Below the pieces are notes generated by a model. The model was given only the letters and a program-made list of their open reading frames with translations. It was not told the DNA's origin and searched no databases. Position numbers and translations under genes: made by a program. A stretch of 64,000 bases of DNA from Arenicellales bacterium (GTDB taxonomy: Bacteria; Pseudomonadota; Gammaproteobacteria; Arenicellales; JAJDZL01): positions 293,652-357,651 of the forward strand of contig CBDEUN010000001.1 of assembly GCA_965243305.1 (NCBI GenBank). Reading direction: 5' to 3'. Of this stretch, positions 23,780 through 34,237 are shown in pieces (the stretch's first letter is position 1; every line of letters starts with the position of its first letter).

Positions 23780-25441
23780 TCAGTGAATATAAATGACGAG
23801 TTTCTGACCGGGGTAAATGTGAGCGGATCGACTGATCTTGTTCCAATTGACAATGTCAATCACCCGAACACCGTATCTTCGGGCGATGGTCCAGAGTGAT
23901 TCGCCGCTTCTAACTGAGTGTTGTACACGAGATCTTAAATCTTGAGAACTGGCAGCTACCGTTGGTTTATTGCTGATTGAGCGGGATGAATCCGGGATAC
24001 GAAGCTGCTGTCCAATTCGAATCAGGTCCGACTTAGCACTCAACCCATTGATTGCTCTTAATTCAGATAACTTAACGTTGTAAGCTTGGGCAATTTCGCT
24101 CAAACTGTCGTTAGCAACAACTTGATGCACGATTTCGACGCCTTGAAGCCCGCTTAAACCTTCACTTGCTCCTCGATGTGAGGGAATTCTGAGAATTTCT
24201 CCGATTTTAATGAGGTTTGAACTTTTTGCATTGATCACCTTAATTGAAGCAATAGACACGCCGTAAAACTCAGCAATTTCACTTAAAGTGTCGCCAGCGC
24301 TTACACGGTGTTCGCTTCTAGCAACAATTGCTTCAGACGGCCTTAAGTCGCGTTTCCAGTCGACAGTTTGCGATAGTTTCTCAGCTGGCACTAGAATTCT
24401 GAATGGACCGTCGGGTGGCGTTGCGTACCGTCGAAGTCCTGGATTCAGCAAAGCAAGTTGCACTGAATCAATCTGAATTGCTTCAGATAATACTGCTAAA
24501 TCAATTTGGAAATCAAATTCAACAATTTCAAATGGAGATTTCGTAGTAACTTCTGGCAGTTTGACGCCGTAGTCATTTGGATTTTGAATGATGTTTTTAA
24601 CGGCGATCAGCTTTGGATAGAAATTTCTTGTCTCTGAATTCAGTTTCAGGGACTTCAGGTCAGTTGGTTTGTTTCTTCGTTTGTTCGCATTGATAGCCCT
24701 GATCATTCCGTTATGACCAACGTTATAGGCAGCAAAGGTTAATGGCCAATCGCCATTGAACATTTCGTTCAAATCTCTCAAATGCTTCAGTGCAGCCTGA
24801 GTCGAGTATGTAATATCTCGCCGCCCTTCGTACCACCAATCCTGCTTAAGTCCGTAATTTCGGCCTGTTGCAGGCATAAACTGCCATAGTCCTGCTGCAC
24901 CGCGGGTGGAATAGATTCTGGGGTTGTATCCGCTTTCGATCAGTGGTAACAGCACAACTTCGGAAGGCATGTTGTACCGTTGGGTTTGTTCGAATATGTA
25001 CGGCAGATATTCCTTTGCCCGCTCAAGAATTCGCTCGAAATGCTTCGGATTTCGTGTGTATCGTTTCTCGTGTCGCTTGACCAGATCGCTTTCAAAGCTT
25101 TCAAGTTGGAAACTGTCTCTTATTTCTGACCAAATATCTACAGAGGGAGTTTCTTCAACTTCGACTTGGGGAATATCAGACTGAAGTGTTGGATATTTAA
25201 AATTTAATCCACTGCCTGCGGGTATGTAAGGTTTAGGCAGACGGTTGTTCCTGTAGTCTATGTCGTCTGCGGAATAGTCAAAACTATGGACTTGCTGAGC
25301 ATGTGCACTGGATAATAAATAACTGATGGGGAGCTTGCTGTCAATTGTCAAACTGGCCGACCAAACCAAAATAGCAAGACATGAACCGACTGCGAGTGGC
25401 GGTAGCAGTCCGTAGCCAGATTGACTATATTGTTTTGACAT
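23780..25441 (-). CDS. mltD: Membrane-bound lytic murein transglycosylase D-like (SLT + 3x LysM)
   Basis: N-terminal hydrophobic anchor. SLT motif ESGYNP...AAGLWQFMPATG. Three C-terminal LysM repeats. Confidence 0.88.
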   Translation of the reverse strand: MSKQYSQSGYGLLPPLAVGSCLAILVWSASLTIDSKLPISYLLSSAHAQQVHSFDYSADDIDYRNNRLPKPYIPAGSGLNFKYPTLQSDIPQVEVEETPSVDIWSEIRDSFQLESFESDLVKRHEKRYTRNPKHFERILERAKEYLPYIFEQTQRYNMPSEVVLLPLIESGYNPRIYSTRGAAGLWQFMPATGRNYGLKQDWWYEGRRDITYSTQAALKHLRDLNEMFNGDWPLTFAAYNVGHNGMIRAINANKRRNKPTDLKSLKLNSETRNFYPKLIAVKNIIQNPNDYGVKLPEVTTKSPFEIVEFDFQIDLAVLSEAIQIDSVQLALLNPGLRRYATPPDGPFRILVPAEKLSQTVDWKRDLRPSEAIVARSEHRVSAGDTLSEIAEFYGVSIASIKVINAKSSNLIKIGEILRIPSHRGASEGLSGLQGVEIVHQVVANDSLSEIAQAYNVKLSELRAINGLSAKSDLIRIGQQLRIPDSSRSISNKPTVAASSQDLRSRVQHSVRSGESLWTIARRYGVRVIDIVNWNKISRSAHIYPGQKLVIYIH

Positions 25442-25581
25442 TTGAAGACAGAGGAATTTAACAACTCTTGCGGAAGCCTTGCAACCACACCATCGGATTT
25501 TTGTCGCAGATGGCGGTCACTTTATCATGCTGAATACGTAGTGAGAAACCAAATATACCACAAGCGTGACATAGGAACAAC

Positions 25582-26331
25582 ATGATGTACTCAATTCCCG
25601 TCACACAGGCATCTCAGAAGCAAAATTTAGCGTCTCACTGTTTCAATTCTGCAATAGGCCAAGCCATTTTTCAATGTGAGACTCAAATTGCGGAACGGCT
25701 GGTGCCAAGAGTTCATTACCAAAGTTGTGTACAGGTCGAGGGCCCTTCACATTTGCACTTCTTCGATAGAATTACATACGTATCGAAGTACAGGGTGTCG
25801 CGAGAGTTGAATCGTCGTTTGGATTACTCGATTGTGGGGGTGGGGGAGCGTTTGCCATTTGGTGCAGAATCCATCGATTATTTGTTTCTTCCACATGTTC
25901 TGAATTATTGCGAAGAACCAGAAGAACTGTTGCAAGAGGTAGCACAGTGCATGACTGCCAATGGTGTGTTGCTGATTACAGGTTTCAATCCTAGAAGCAT
26001 GTTAGCCCTATTAAAACGCTTCAAACGAATCGAGAATCTGGTTCCCAGCACTGTCAAGTTTTACTCGGCTCATCAAGTTCGCCACTGGCTGGCATTGCTG
26101 GGATTCGAAATATTTGCTGCAGAATTTGGATTTTTCAGACCTCCTTTCAGACAGCGTAGTCGATTGAAACGACTGGAAAAATGGGAGGTTGCAGGTGCCA
26201 GATGGTGGCCAGCACTGGGTTCGATATATGTATTGGCCGCGCGAAGACAGAACATGGCGAGTAGAATAAAGCCTCAATTTTCGAATCTCAAACTAAAGCA
26301 CCGAAGGTTTAGATTTGAACATGCAAATTAA
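25582..26331 (+). CDS. Class I SAM-dependent methyltransferase (YafS-position)
   Basis: The Methyltransf_11-like segment DYLFLPHVLNYCEEPEELLQEVAQCMTANGVLLI is present. It lies between mltD and rnhA, as E. coli yafS does. Confidence 0.6.
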   Translation: MMYSIPVTQASQKQNLASHCFNSAIGQAIFQCETQIAERLVPRVHYQSCVQVEGPSHLHFFDRITYVSKYRVSRELNRRLDYSIVGVGERLPFGAESIDYLFLPHVLNYCEEPEELLQEVAQCMTANGVLLITGFNPRSMLALLKRFKRIENLVPSTVKFYSAHQVRHWLALLGFEIFAAEFGFFRPPFRQRSRLKRLEKWEVAGARWWPALGSIYVLAARRQNMASRIKPQFSNLKLKHRRFRFEHAN

Positions 26332-26369
26332 TCATAGTCTGAAAATCTAAAATACTGCCAGACATCACC

Positions 26370-26807
26370 ATGCCAACAGTTTCTATTTATACCGACGGTG
26401 CCTGCTCTCCAAACCCTGGCCCAGGTGGATGGGGTGCAATTCTGTTTTGGAACGATCAGGTCAAAGAAATTTCTGGTAGCGAGGCACAAACGACGAATAA
26501 TCGCATGGAACTCACAGCTGCAGTTAAGGCATTACAGCTGCTGAAGCGAAAATCTGTCGTGATTTTATATACCGATTCAACTTACCTGCGTAATGGAATC
26601 ACGCGATGGATTTTTCAATGGAAACAGAAGGGGTGGAAACTTCGTAGCCGTCAGCCAGTTAAAAATGTTGATTTATGGCAGGAATTGGACCGACTTAATT
26701 CGTTCCATGAAGTGACATGGGAATGGGTCAAGGCACACAGCAACAACGAGTGGAATAACAGAGCGGATACTTTGGCTCGAAATGCTATTACTGGAGAGAC
26801 TTCATGA
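26370..26807 (+). CDS. rnhA: Ribonuclease HI
   Basis: 145 aa. DGACSPNPGPGGWGA, TNNRMEL and YTDSTY motifs. Confidence 0.95.
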   Translation: MPTVSIYTDGACSPNPGPGGWGAILFWNDQVKEISGSEAQTTNNRMELTAAVKALQLLKRKSVVILYTDSTYLRNGITRWIFQWKQKGWKLRSRQPVKNVDLWQELDRLNSFHEVTWEWVKAHSNNEWNNRADTLARNAITGETS

Positions 26808-27535
26808 GGCAGGTTGTCGTCGATACCGAAACAACCGGGCTTGAAGTTAAAGATGGTCACCGAATCATTGAATTTGCCTGTATTGAACTTGAATCTCGAT
26901 CACGAACAGGCAGAGTCTTACATCACTACGTCAATCCTGAACGGGAGGTTGAGCGCGGCGCACTGGAGGTGCACGGAATTGACAATGATTTCCTGAAAAA
27001 CAAACCGAAATTCGCCGAAGTCGCCGGGGAGTTGTTTGAATTTATCGAAGGTGCTGAACTGATTATCCACAATGCAGAGTTTGACTTGGGATTTCTCGAT
27101 CACGAGTTTCAAGAGTCCAAGTTGAATTACCCTGAAATCCTATCAGTTTGTGAAGTTTTCGATACCCTGGAAGTCGCACGGGAAAAGCGGCCGGGCCGTC
27201 GCAACAGCCTTAATGCGCTGGCAAATGAGTTTGGAATTGACCTTTCAGGACGTTCACTTCATGGTGCCCGGCAGGATGCTGAAATTCTAGTTAACGTCTA
27301 CCTTGCCCTAACAAGTGGACAGACGACGCTTGAATTTGGCGTTGTTTCGGAGTATGAAGATTCAATGGCAAAATCTGAAACGCCAAAAGTAAGAATGGAA
27401 CCCGTCAACATTGTGGTCATTAGGGCCAATGAGTCGGAACTCGAACTGCATGAAAAGATTTTGGACGAGCTTGATCAGATTTCCGTAAATGGGAGCATCT
27501 GGCGCTCTCTGGAGAAATCAAGTCCTAGTGAATAA
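26804..27535 (+). CDS. dnaQ: DNA polymerase III epsilon (proofreading) subunit
   Basis: ATGA overlap with the rnhA stop. Exo motifs DTETTGL, HNAEFD and HGARQDAE. Confidence 0.94.
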   Translation: MRQVVVDTETTGLEVKDGHRIIEFACIELESRSRTGRVLHHYVNPEREVERGALEVHGIDNDFLKNKPKFAEVAGELFEFIEGAELIIHNAEFDLGFLDHEFQESKLNYPEILSVCEVFDTLEVAREKRPGRRNSLNALANEFGIDLSGRSLHGARQDAEILVNVYLALTSGQTTLEFGVVSEYEDSMAKSETPKVRMEPVNIVVIRANESELELHEKILDELDQISVNGSIWRSLEKSSPSE

Positions 27536-27582
27536 TTTGTTTTTGTTTCAGTTTACAGTGCGGCAAAACATGAATTAGAAAG

Positions 27583-27966
27583 ATGAGTTGGACAATAATT
27601 CAGGTTGCGGTTGGTGGGGCGATAGGTGCAGTTTGCCGTTATTTAACCGGTGTCGGATTAGCCAAAGTATTTGGTAGCAGTTTCCCTTATGGAACGCTAA
27701 TAGTTAATGTAAGCGGTTCTTTCATCGTCGGTGTGCTGTTTGTTCTATTTGGCGGCTTAAGTGGAGAAACCGGACGTTACACCGCTCTGGTTATGACAGG
27801 GTTTTTGGGTGGCTATACAACATTCTCTGCCTATTCATTGGATTGCTGGCTGCTATTTCAGCAAGGGCGTAACCTGGAAGCTTTGCTGTATGCGTTCGGT
27901 TCTGCAGGACTTTCTATCGCTGCCTGCATCGCTGGAATCGCGGTGGCTCGAGTGAGTCAGGGGTGA
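27583..27966 (+). CDS. crcB: Fluoride ion channel CrcB/FluC
   Basis: 127 aa and 4 TM helices. GGAIGAVCRY and GFLGGYTTFS motifs. Confidence 0.88.
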   Translation: MSWTIIQVAVGGAIGAVCRYLTGVGLAKVFGSSFPYGTLIVNVSGSFIVGVLFVLFGGLSGETGRYTALVMTGFLGGYTTFSAYSLDCWLLFQQGRNLEALLYAFGSAGLSIAACIAGIAVARVSQG

Positions 27967-27987
27967 AAAATCTGAGTTGGTGTATTT

Positions 27988-29688
27988 TTACGCAGCAACC
28001 AGGAAGATTACAAATATCGAAAATAACAATACTACAATTGCTACTGCGAGATCAACTGTCCATTCCCTGGCAACTCTAGAATTCAGCCCTGTGGTGTTAA
28101 GAATCATCCGATAGATGCGGTCAATAAGTCCTAGCAATATTGAATAGGTCGAAGCAATGACTGTCTGCGCGGCGATAGTCAACCAACGGCCTGTTATAGC
28201 GAATCCTTTCCGGTAGACCCATTCCGCATCAATGTTGACACTTCTCAATTCAGGTGGATAGATTCCTGACAATTGAAGCCAGACAAATGCCAGCGCTGAA
28301 AACAGCAGCAGTTGAATCTGGGCGAGAACGTGGGTCGCATCATAGGCCGAATAATCTGTTTCATACGGCAAAAGACTGTATAGATATTGTGGGAAAATAC
28401 CGATACCAATGCAAAGTGCGGCAGCAATTCCCATCGCAATCAACATACTGGTTGGCGCCTCTTTCACACGAATCCCCGAATCATGAGCAAAAAATGCAAA
28501 GAACGGAATTTTAATTCCAGAATGGTGAAACACGCCAGCAGATGCGAACAACAACGCAACCCAAACCATGTCATAACCTTCAATCAATGCCGCTGATATC
28601 ACCATAGATTTACTGACAAACCCACTGAACAATGGAAATGCAGAAATGGAAGCAGCGCCAATAATGCAGAATGTGGCAGTTTTCGGCATTGATTTATACA
28701 ATCCACCCAAGTCGGAGCCATTGATCTTGCCTGTGCGATAGAGCACTGCTCCCATCGACATGAACAAGAGCGCCTTGTAGATGATATGGCTGAAGACATG
28801 ACTCGCCGCACCGTTGATGGCGAGTTCGGTGCCGATGCCGACGCCGACCACCATGAAACCGATCTGGTTAATCATGCTATAGGTCAAAACCCGGCGAAGG
28901 TCATTTTCAATAACCGCGTAGAAAATTGGAAAGCAGGTCATGATCATCCCAATGTATATCAATGACTCTGTGCCAGCGAATCCCCGTGCCAATGCGTAAA
29001 CCGCCACTTTGGTTGTAAAGGCGCTGAGAAAAACGGTTCCAGCAGGTGTTGCTTCCGGATAGGCATCGGTTAACCAGTTATGCAGCAGAGGAAACACACA
29101 CTTGATGCCAAAAGCAATAAAAATTAGAGTGGCGGATGTGCCGGAAAGACCAAAATGTGTGAACTCTAGAGAACCGGTTTGCTGGTAATGCATCACCGAT
29201 CCAGCCAGCAGCAGAAATCCAGATATGATTTGAATAATCAGGTATCGAATTCCGGCATTGATAGAGTTTCGAGTTCCTCCGCACCAAATCAGAAATGCAG
29301 AGGTAAATGCCATCAACTCCCAAAACATAAACAGCGTAATTAGGTCTCCGCAAAATACTGCGCCTAATGCACTGCCTGCATAAGCAAGCGCAGCGGCTTG
29401 ATGAACCGGGTCTCTAACGCGCCAGGCAAAGATTCCACCCAGAAACGCTGCAATATGGAAAATGTAACCAAAGATGAGGCTAAGCTTATCTGGATTAAAT
29501 AGGACCAGCTGCAAGCCGATTACTGACGTTTCAATGCGTGCCTCTGGTGAATTGCTAAATATCAGAAAGACTGCACTGATTAGCGGAACGAGGACACAGA
29601 TTAACGACAGCAGAGTCTGGCGCGCCATGAGCGCCAGCAATGCCCCTGCGAAGAAGATGACAAATGGTGGGATGTCAATGCCCATCAT
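27988..29688 (-). CDS. Mrp-type antiporter, NuoL/MrpA/MrpD-like proton-conducting subunit (566 aa)
   Basis: Polytopic membrane protein of the proton_antipo_M type (WLTDAYPEATPAGTVFLSAFTTK; MSMGAVLY). It is the last gene of the operon. Confidence 0.75.
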   Translation of the reverse strand: MMGIDIPPFVIFFAGALLALMARQTLLSLICVLVPLISAVFLIFSNSPEARIETSVIGLQLVLFNPDKLSLIFGYIFHIAAFLGGIFAWRVRDPVHQAAALAYAGSALGAVFCGDLITLFMFWELMAFTSAFLIWCGGTRNSINAGIRYLIIQIISGFLLLAGSVMHYQQTGSLEFTHFGLSGTSATLIFIAFGIKCVFPLLHNWLTDAYPEATPAGTVFLSAFTTKVAVYALARGFAGTESLIYIGMIMTCFPIFYAVIENDLRRVLTYSMINQIGFMVVGVGIGTELAINGAASHVFSHIIYKALLFMSMGAVLYRTGKINGSDLGGLYKSMPKTATFCIIGAASISAFPLFSGFVSKSMVISAALIEGYDMVWVALLFASAGVFHHSGIKIPFFAFFAHDSGIRVKEAPTSMLIAMGIAAALCIGIGIFPQYLYSLLPYETDYSAYDATHVLAQIQLLLFSALAFVWLQLSGIYPPELRSVNIDAEWVYRKGFAITGRWLTIAAQTVIASTYSILLGLIDRIYRMILNTTGLNSRVAREWTVDLAVAIVVLLFSIFVIFLVAA

Positions 29689-29932
29689 AGTAATCCTCGC
29701 TGCGCATCAGCAGTTTTCGCATCCACTTTGCAGCGACTACCAGAAAAACACAGGCCACAAATCCAAACACACAATAGAAGAACAGCAGTGATTCCCAGGG
29801 ATGATAAATATGACGATGAATTACAAGGTCAAGCAGAACTACGATTGCACAAGCGGCATAGAACCACTTGAGTATCCGTCGAAGTCCGACAGCCCGCGGA
29901 AGGTTTGAGTTCATTTCGTTATTCTTCTTCAT
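29675..29932 (-). CDS. Small 2-TM membrane protein inside the mrp-like operon
   Basis: 85 aa with two hydrophobic helices. It overlaps the next gene by 14 nt. No family recognised. Confidence 0.4.
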   Translation of the reverse strand: MKKNNEMNSNLPRAVGLRRILKWFYAACAIVVLLDLVIHRHIYHPWESLLFFYCVFGFVACVFLVVAAKWMRKLLMRSEDYYDGH

Positions 29933-29937
29933 ATCAG

Positions 29938-31404
29938 CTATTCTGATGATGTAATCATACTCATCAAGTCAAATGCAAAGTCCGGGGCAATGAACAAAAT
30001 AATGCAGCCAGCAGCGCTGATTATCAATGCAATTAGTATCGAAACCGGCGCTTCCTTTATCGTCTCGTTGCCGTCATCAGGCGAGTGATAGAATGCTCGA
30101 ACAGCGATAGGAAGTAGGTATAGCGCACTCAGCAGAGAGCCAATGATCAATGCAGCGAGTAACAGCCAATCCGTTGTGTTGGCTGCACCTAGTAGTAAGT
30201 TCCATTTGCTCCACATGCCGCCGGTTGGTGGTGCTCCCACAATTACAATGCTGCCGATCAGAAATGTGATCATGGTAACGGGCATTCGTCGTCCGATGCC
30301 GCGCATTTGGCTGATTTCGGTTTTGTGTGTTGCCACAAGTATGGCCCCTGCGCCAAAAAACAGGGTGATTTTCCCAAAACCATGCATGAGCATATGGAGA
30401 CCGCCACCAACTATCCCGGCGGCATTGGCGACGAGAGCGCCAAGGACAATGTAAGACAGCTGGCCGATCGTGGAATACGCCAAACGTGCCTTAAGATTGT
30501 CCTTTCGGAGTGCGATGATTGCTGTCGCTACAATCGTAAATGCAGCGACATGAGCCAGGTAACGGTGTACCTCCAGTTCCTGTAGCAAATCGATTCCAAA
30601 GATGTAGATCGAAACCTTCAATATCGAAAATACCCCTGCTTTGACCACAGCGACAGCGTGCAGTAAAGCGCTGACGGGTGTCGGTGCAACCATAGCGGCC
30701 GGCAACCATCGGTGAAACGGCATCAGTGCTGCTTTACCGATTCCGAATACATAGAGTACCAAGAGAATGTTGAGTGTTGTTTTACTGATATCTCCATCCA
30801 GAATCCCACCTGCTCGAAAATCAAGAGTGCCGGTTAGTATCCATGTCCAGATTAAGGCTAGCAACAGCATGCCGACAGATGTCCCTAGCAGTAAAAATAG
30901 ATAAATTCGACCGGCTCTTCTTGCTTTATCTGTCCCAGCATGGGTAACCAGCGGAAATGTTGACAGGGTCAGTACTTCATAAAATAGAAATAGCGTAAAT
31001 CCATTGGCTGCAAGTGCAATTCCCATTGCACTTGAAATTGCGATCGCAAAGAAGATGTTAAAACGGGCAAGGTTAGTTTCGCCGTGACCTCGCATATATC
31101 CAAAAGAGTAAATTGACGTGACTATCCAAAGAAAACTCGCCATCAGCGCAAACAGAATTCCAAGCGGTTCAGCCTGGAGTGCGATAGATACGCCTACGAA
31201 AGGCTCAAACAGAACAAAAGGCTCGATTGTTCCTTCACCTAATGCGCTGTACAGGGAAAGAGCCAGTAAAAAGGTGATTACTGCCACTGAGGCATTGATC
31301 GCCTCATACAAAATTGGAAATACGCGTCCGACTGTAACAATCAAGACAACTGCAACAATAGGTGCAACGAGACAATAAAGCTGTATCGTAGATGCACTCA
31401 TCAT
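29938..31404 (-). CDS. mrpD: Mrp-type antiporter subunit D-like (NuoM/N-like), copy 2
   Basis: 488 aa polytopic protein. FHRWLPAAMVAPTPVSALLHAVAVVKAG matches the antiporter-subunit signature. ATGA overlap with the upstream gene. Confidence 0.8.
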   Translation of the reverse strand: MMSASTIQLYCLVAPIVAVVLIVTVGRVFPILYEAINASVAVITFLLALSLYSALGEGTIEPFVLFEPFVGVSIALQAEPLGILFALMASFLWIVTSIYSFGYMRGHGETNLARFNIFFAIAISSAMGIALAANGFTLFLFYEVLTLSTFPLVTHAGTDKARRAGRIYLFLLLGTSVGMLLLALIWTWILTGTLDFRAGGILDGDISKTTLNILLVLYVFGIGKAALMPFHRWLPAAMVAPTPVSALLHAVAVVKAGVFSILKVSIYIFGIDLLQELEVHRYLAHVAAFTIVATAIIALRKDNLKARLAYSTIGQLSYIVLGALVANAAGIVGGGLHMLMHGFGKITLFFGAGAILVATHKTEISQMRGIGRRMPVTMITFLIGSIVIVGAPPTGGMWSKWNLLLGAANTTDWLLLAALIIGSLLSALYLLPIAVRAFYHSPDDGNETIKEAPVSILIALIISAAGCIILFIAPDFAFDLMSMITSSE

Positions 31405-32882
31405 GGAGAAATTCCGAGAATTGTGTTAGCGGCCTGGGTTGCCATCGAGCCAGAAAATCGTGCATCAACGCCAAAATAGATATTGGCGACAACCAGTACC
31501 CAGGTTGGAATCAGAAGTAATAAGGGTGCTTCCTGTCGAACGACTTGTTCATTCGGGTCCTTTCGAAAATATGCAATTTCGACAATTTTCCAGACATAAG
31601 CTGCAGTTACTAAAGAACCGAGCAAAATCAAACCGGCAAGCCACCAGAAATTTTGTTCAAGTGATGCTGATACAAGGTACCACTTGCTGATAAATCCTGT
31701 TGTGAAAGGGACGCCAATCAGACTAAGCCCTCCGATGAGAATTGCTGCCATTGTCCATGGCATGCGCCGCCCCGCATTTTTTAGTGCTGCCGTTGTTGTC
31801 GATCCGGTTACGAAAAACAGACCTCCAATTGCCATGAATATTGCAGTCTTCATGATTGCATGATTGAAAAGATGCAGAAATGACGCTGCAACCCCCGCAG
31901 TTGATGCCAGACCCACACCGACGGCAATGTAGCCAATCTGTCCGATGCTAGACCAGGCAAACAGGCGTTTGAGATCATCCTGAAAAATTGCGACAGCCGA
32001 GGTGATCACCGCACTGAAAATGCCAAAAGCGAGAATGATGTGGTGCGACGAGGTGAATCCTGAGAAATAATCTTCTGGGAAAACTTCAAATGTGAGTCGA
32101 ATGAAAATATAGACAGCGGCCTTGGTGGCGGTGCCAGCAAGAAAAGCAGTAACTGCATTTGGTGCATAAGCGTAAGCGTTCGGCAACCAGGCATGAAAGG
32201 GAAACAACGCCATTTTGATTGCCAGTCCAACAATAACGAAGCCGAATGCAACAGCAACGGTGTTTTGACTGATCAGGTCCGGGAGTCGCTGTGCCAGGTC
32301 AGCCATATTCAGGGTGCCAGTCAGCGAATAAAGAAAGCCGATACCAATCAGGTAAAAGGTTGCGGCGATGGTTCCCATTACCAGATAACGAAACGCTGCT
32401 GTCAGACAACGTTTGTCTTGTCCGAAACTGATCAGAATGTATGTGGAAAGGGATGATATTTCCAGAAAGACAAAAACGTTAAACACATCACCGGAAATCG
32501 TAATGCCGGATAAGCCAGTAAAACAAAGTATCCAGGCGGTGTACAGCCATCCCTGACTCTTTTCTGGTACTTCTGATTTGATGCTGGTAGGGGCGTAGAT
32601 GATTCCCAACAGATAAATGAAGCTGATAATCAGCAGAATAAGGGCGTTCGCACTGTCGATTCTGTACTCAATCCCAAATGGAGCTGCCCAGCCACCGAGC
32701 GAGTAGACGATTTCTCCAAACCGGTTGATATGAAGAAGAATCGCTATCGAATTGATGCTGCAGGCGATTCCAACTGCTAGGGCGATCAGCCAGGTAATAC
32801 CAGGTCTTCTGATAATCGCACACAGCGGTGCAGCTAATAGAGGAATGACGACCTGCAAGGCGCTTAAGTGTAAGCTCAGCAC
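31401..32882 (-). CDS. mrpD: Mrp-type antiporter subunit D-like (NuoM/N-like), copy 1
   Basis: 493 aa polytopic protein. FHAWLPNAYAYAPNAVTAFLAGTATKAAVY signature. Confidence 0.8.
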   Translation of the reverse strand: MLSLHLSALQVVIPLLAAPLCAIIRRPGITWLIALAVGIACSINSIAILLHINRFGEIVYSLGGWAAPFGIEYRIDSANALILLIISFIYLLGIIYAPTSIKSEVPEKSQGWLYTAWILCFTGLSGITISGDVFNVFVFLEISSLSTYILISFGQDKRCLTAAFRYLVMGTIAATFYLIGIGFLYSLTGTLNMADLAQRLPDLISQNTVAVAFGFVIVGLAIKMALFPFHAWLPNAYAYAPNAVTAFLAGTATKAAVYIFIRLTFEVFPEDYFSGFTSSHHIILAFGIFSAVITSAVAIFQDDLKRLFAWSSIGQIGYIAVGVGLASTAGVAASFLHLFNHAIMKTAIFMAIGGLFFVTGSTTTAALKNAGRRMPWTMAAILIGGLSLIGVPFTTGFISKWYLVSASLEQNFWWLAGLILLGSLVTAAYVWKIVEIAYFRKDPNEQVVRQEAPLLLLIPTWVLVVANIYFGVDARFSGSMATQAANTILGISP

Positions 32883-32883
32883 C

Positions 32884-33237
32884 TTAATTTCGCTCTATTT
32901 CCTGTTGTACATCTTGATCATCGATTGTTCCAAAAGCAGAGCGAATTCTGACGATCAGGGCTAGACCCAGAGCCGTGGTTGCAACACCCACAACAATTGC
33001 AGTGAGTATGAGCACATGGGGCAGGGGATTGGAGTAGACAGCCGGTTCTTTCAACAATATCGGTGCGGTTCCTCCACCTACCTTACCGATGCTGATGTAG
33101 AGAATGAAAACCGAGCTTTGAAAAATATTCAGTCCAATAACTTTTTTGATGAGATTGTTAGCCGATATCACGATATACAACCCAATCATCATCAGTGCGA
33201 TGACGATCCAGTAGTTGACGATCCCGAGGCTTTCCAT
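32884..33237 (-). CDS. mrpC: Mrp-type antiporter subunit C (NuoK-like)
   Basis: 117 aa and 3 TM helices, NuoK/MnhC-like. Position is between the B and D subunits. Confidence 0.75.
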   Translation of the reverse strand: MESLGIVNYWIVIALMMIGLYIVISANNLIKKVIGLNIFQSSVFILYISIGKVGGGTAPILLKEPAVYSNPLPHVLILTAIVVGVATTALGLALIVRIRSAFGTIDDQDVQQEIERN

Positions 33238-33243
33238 TTGAAT

Positions 33244-33681
33244 TTATTTTGTGTTTTTAGAGTCTGGCTGACGATAATCTGCAAAGCTCAGAAACAAAAT
33301 GATCATCACCGACGCCACTGTCATGCCAACGCCAAATTCGATGAGTAGGATTCCGAGGTGTTGCCCGGCTACAGAGTCGGCAGAAAGTACACTGTAGTTA
33401 AGAAATTCGCCGCCCAAAAACATACCAGCAACGCCGACACCAGTGTAGAGAAGCACACCCAGTGCTGCCGTTGTGTAGACAAGTGGCGGCGGAACTATTT
33501 TCATCGTTGCATTCTTACCAAGAACGATGCCGTACAGAATAAATCCGGCGCCAAAAATAACACCAGCCTGAAACCCACCTCCAGGTCCATAGTCACCGTG
33601 AAACTGAACATACAGGGCGAACACCATAATAAATGGGATCATAATCTTTGCAATGACGTGCAGAATCAAATGCTGCTTCAT
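33244..33681 (-). CDS. mrpB: Mrp-type antiporter subunit B
   Basis: 145 aa. The GPGGGFQAGVIFGAG motif is typical of MnhB. Confidence 0.75.
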   Translation of the reverse strand: MKQHLILHVIAKIMIPFIMVFALYVQFHGDYGPGGGFQAGVIFGAGFILYGIVLGKNATMKIVPPPLVYTTAALGVLLYTGVGVAGMFLGGEFLNYSVLSADSVAGQHLGILLIEFGVGMTVASVMIILFLSFADYRQPDSKNTK

Positions 33682-33685
33682 TGGC

Positions 33686-34237
33686 TCAGTCCTTGGGTTT
33701 GGAAGGCCTGCCAGTCAGCAGGGCGATTACACCGATGCCAGCGGTAAAAATCACCACGACTTCACCAAGAGTGTCATAACCCCGATAGCTGGCCAGAACT
33801 GAAGTGACAACATTTGGAATGCCGATCTCCGAGTACGAATCTTGGAGGTAGTAGGGTGCCACGTGTAGATTGGGCGGAGCATTCGGGTCTGCAAATTGTG
33901 GCATGTCCATAATGCCAATCGCAAGTGCCACACCCAGGGCGATAGAAACGCAAACAGCGAATGCGGCATTTTTACGACGAAAGCGAACCTCTTTTCGCGA
34001 GCCGGTCAGAGATAGTGCACTCAGCATCAGGATGGTGGCTATACATGTACCGACTGCAGCTTCGGTAAATGCGACATCGACCGCATCAAGTGAAACGAAA
34101 AGGCTTGCCGTCAACAGGCTGTAGATACCAAACAACATAACTGCTCGAAACAGTCGATTTGTCTGCGAAATGTGAAGTGCTGTTACAAGCAGAAAACCGA
34201 GCAATGTAAAGTTAACGACAAGTTCGATGGCAATCAC
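33686..34237 (-). CDS. MrpA C-terminal-like / MbhD-MbhE-like membrane subunit
   Basis: 183 aa polytopic protein. AVMLFGIYSLLTASLFVSLDAVDVAFTEAAVG resembles the MbhD/DUF4040 segment. It precedes subunit B. Confidence 0.6.
   Translation of the reverse strand: MIAIELVVNFTLLGFLLVTALHISQTNRLFRAVMLFGIYSLLTASLFVSLDAVDVAFTEAAVGTCIATILMLSALSLTGSRKEVRFRRKNAAFAVCVSIALGVALAIGIMDMPQFADPNAPPNLHVAPYYLQDSYSEIGIPNVVTSVLASYRGYDTLGEVVVIFTAGIGVIALLTGRPSKPKD

Noticed and set aside
26370-27535. rnhA and dnaQ co-directional and overlapping (ATGA), unlike the divergent E. coli pair
   Set aside because: The co-directional arrangement is common outside Enterobacteriaceae and is not unusual.
27536-27582. Possible fluoride riboswitch upstream of crcB
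   Set aside because: The spacer is only 47 nt and AT-rich. It lacks the conserved GGCGATGG / CCGCC-type elements of the crcB motif.
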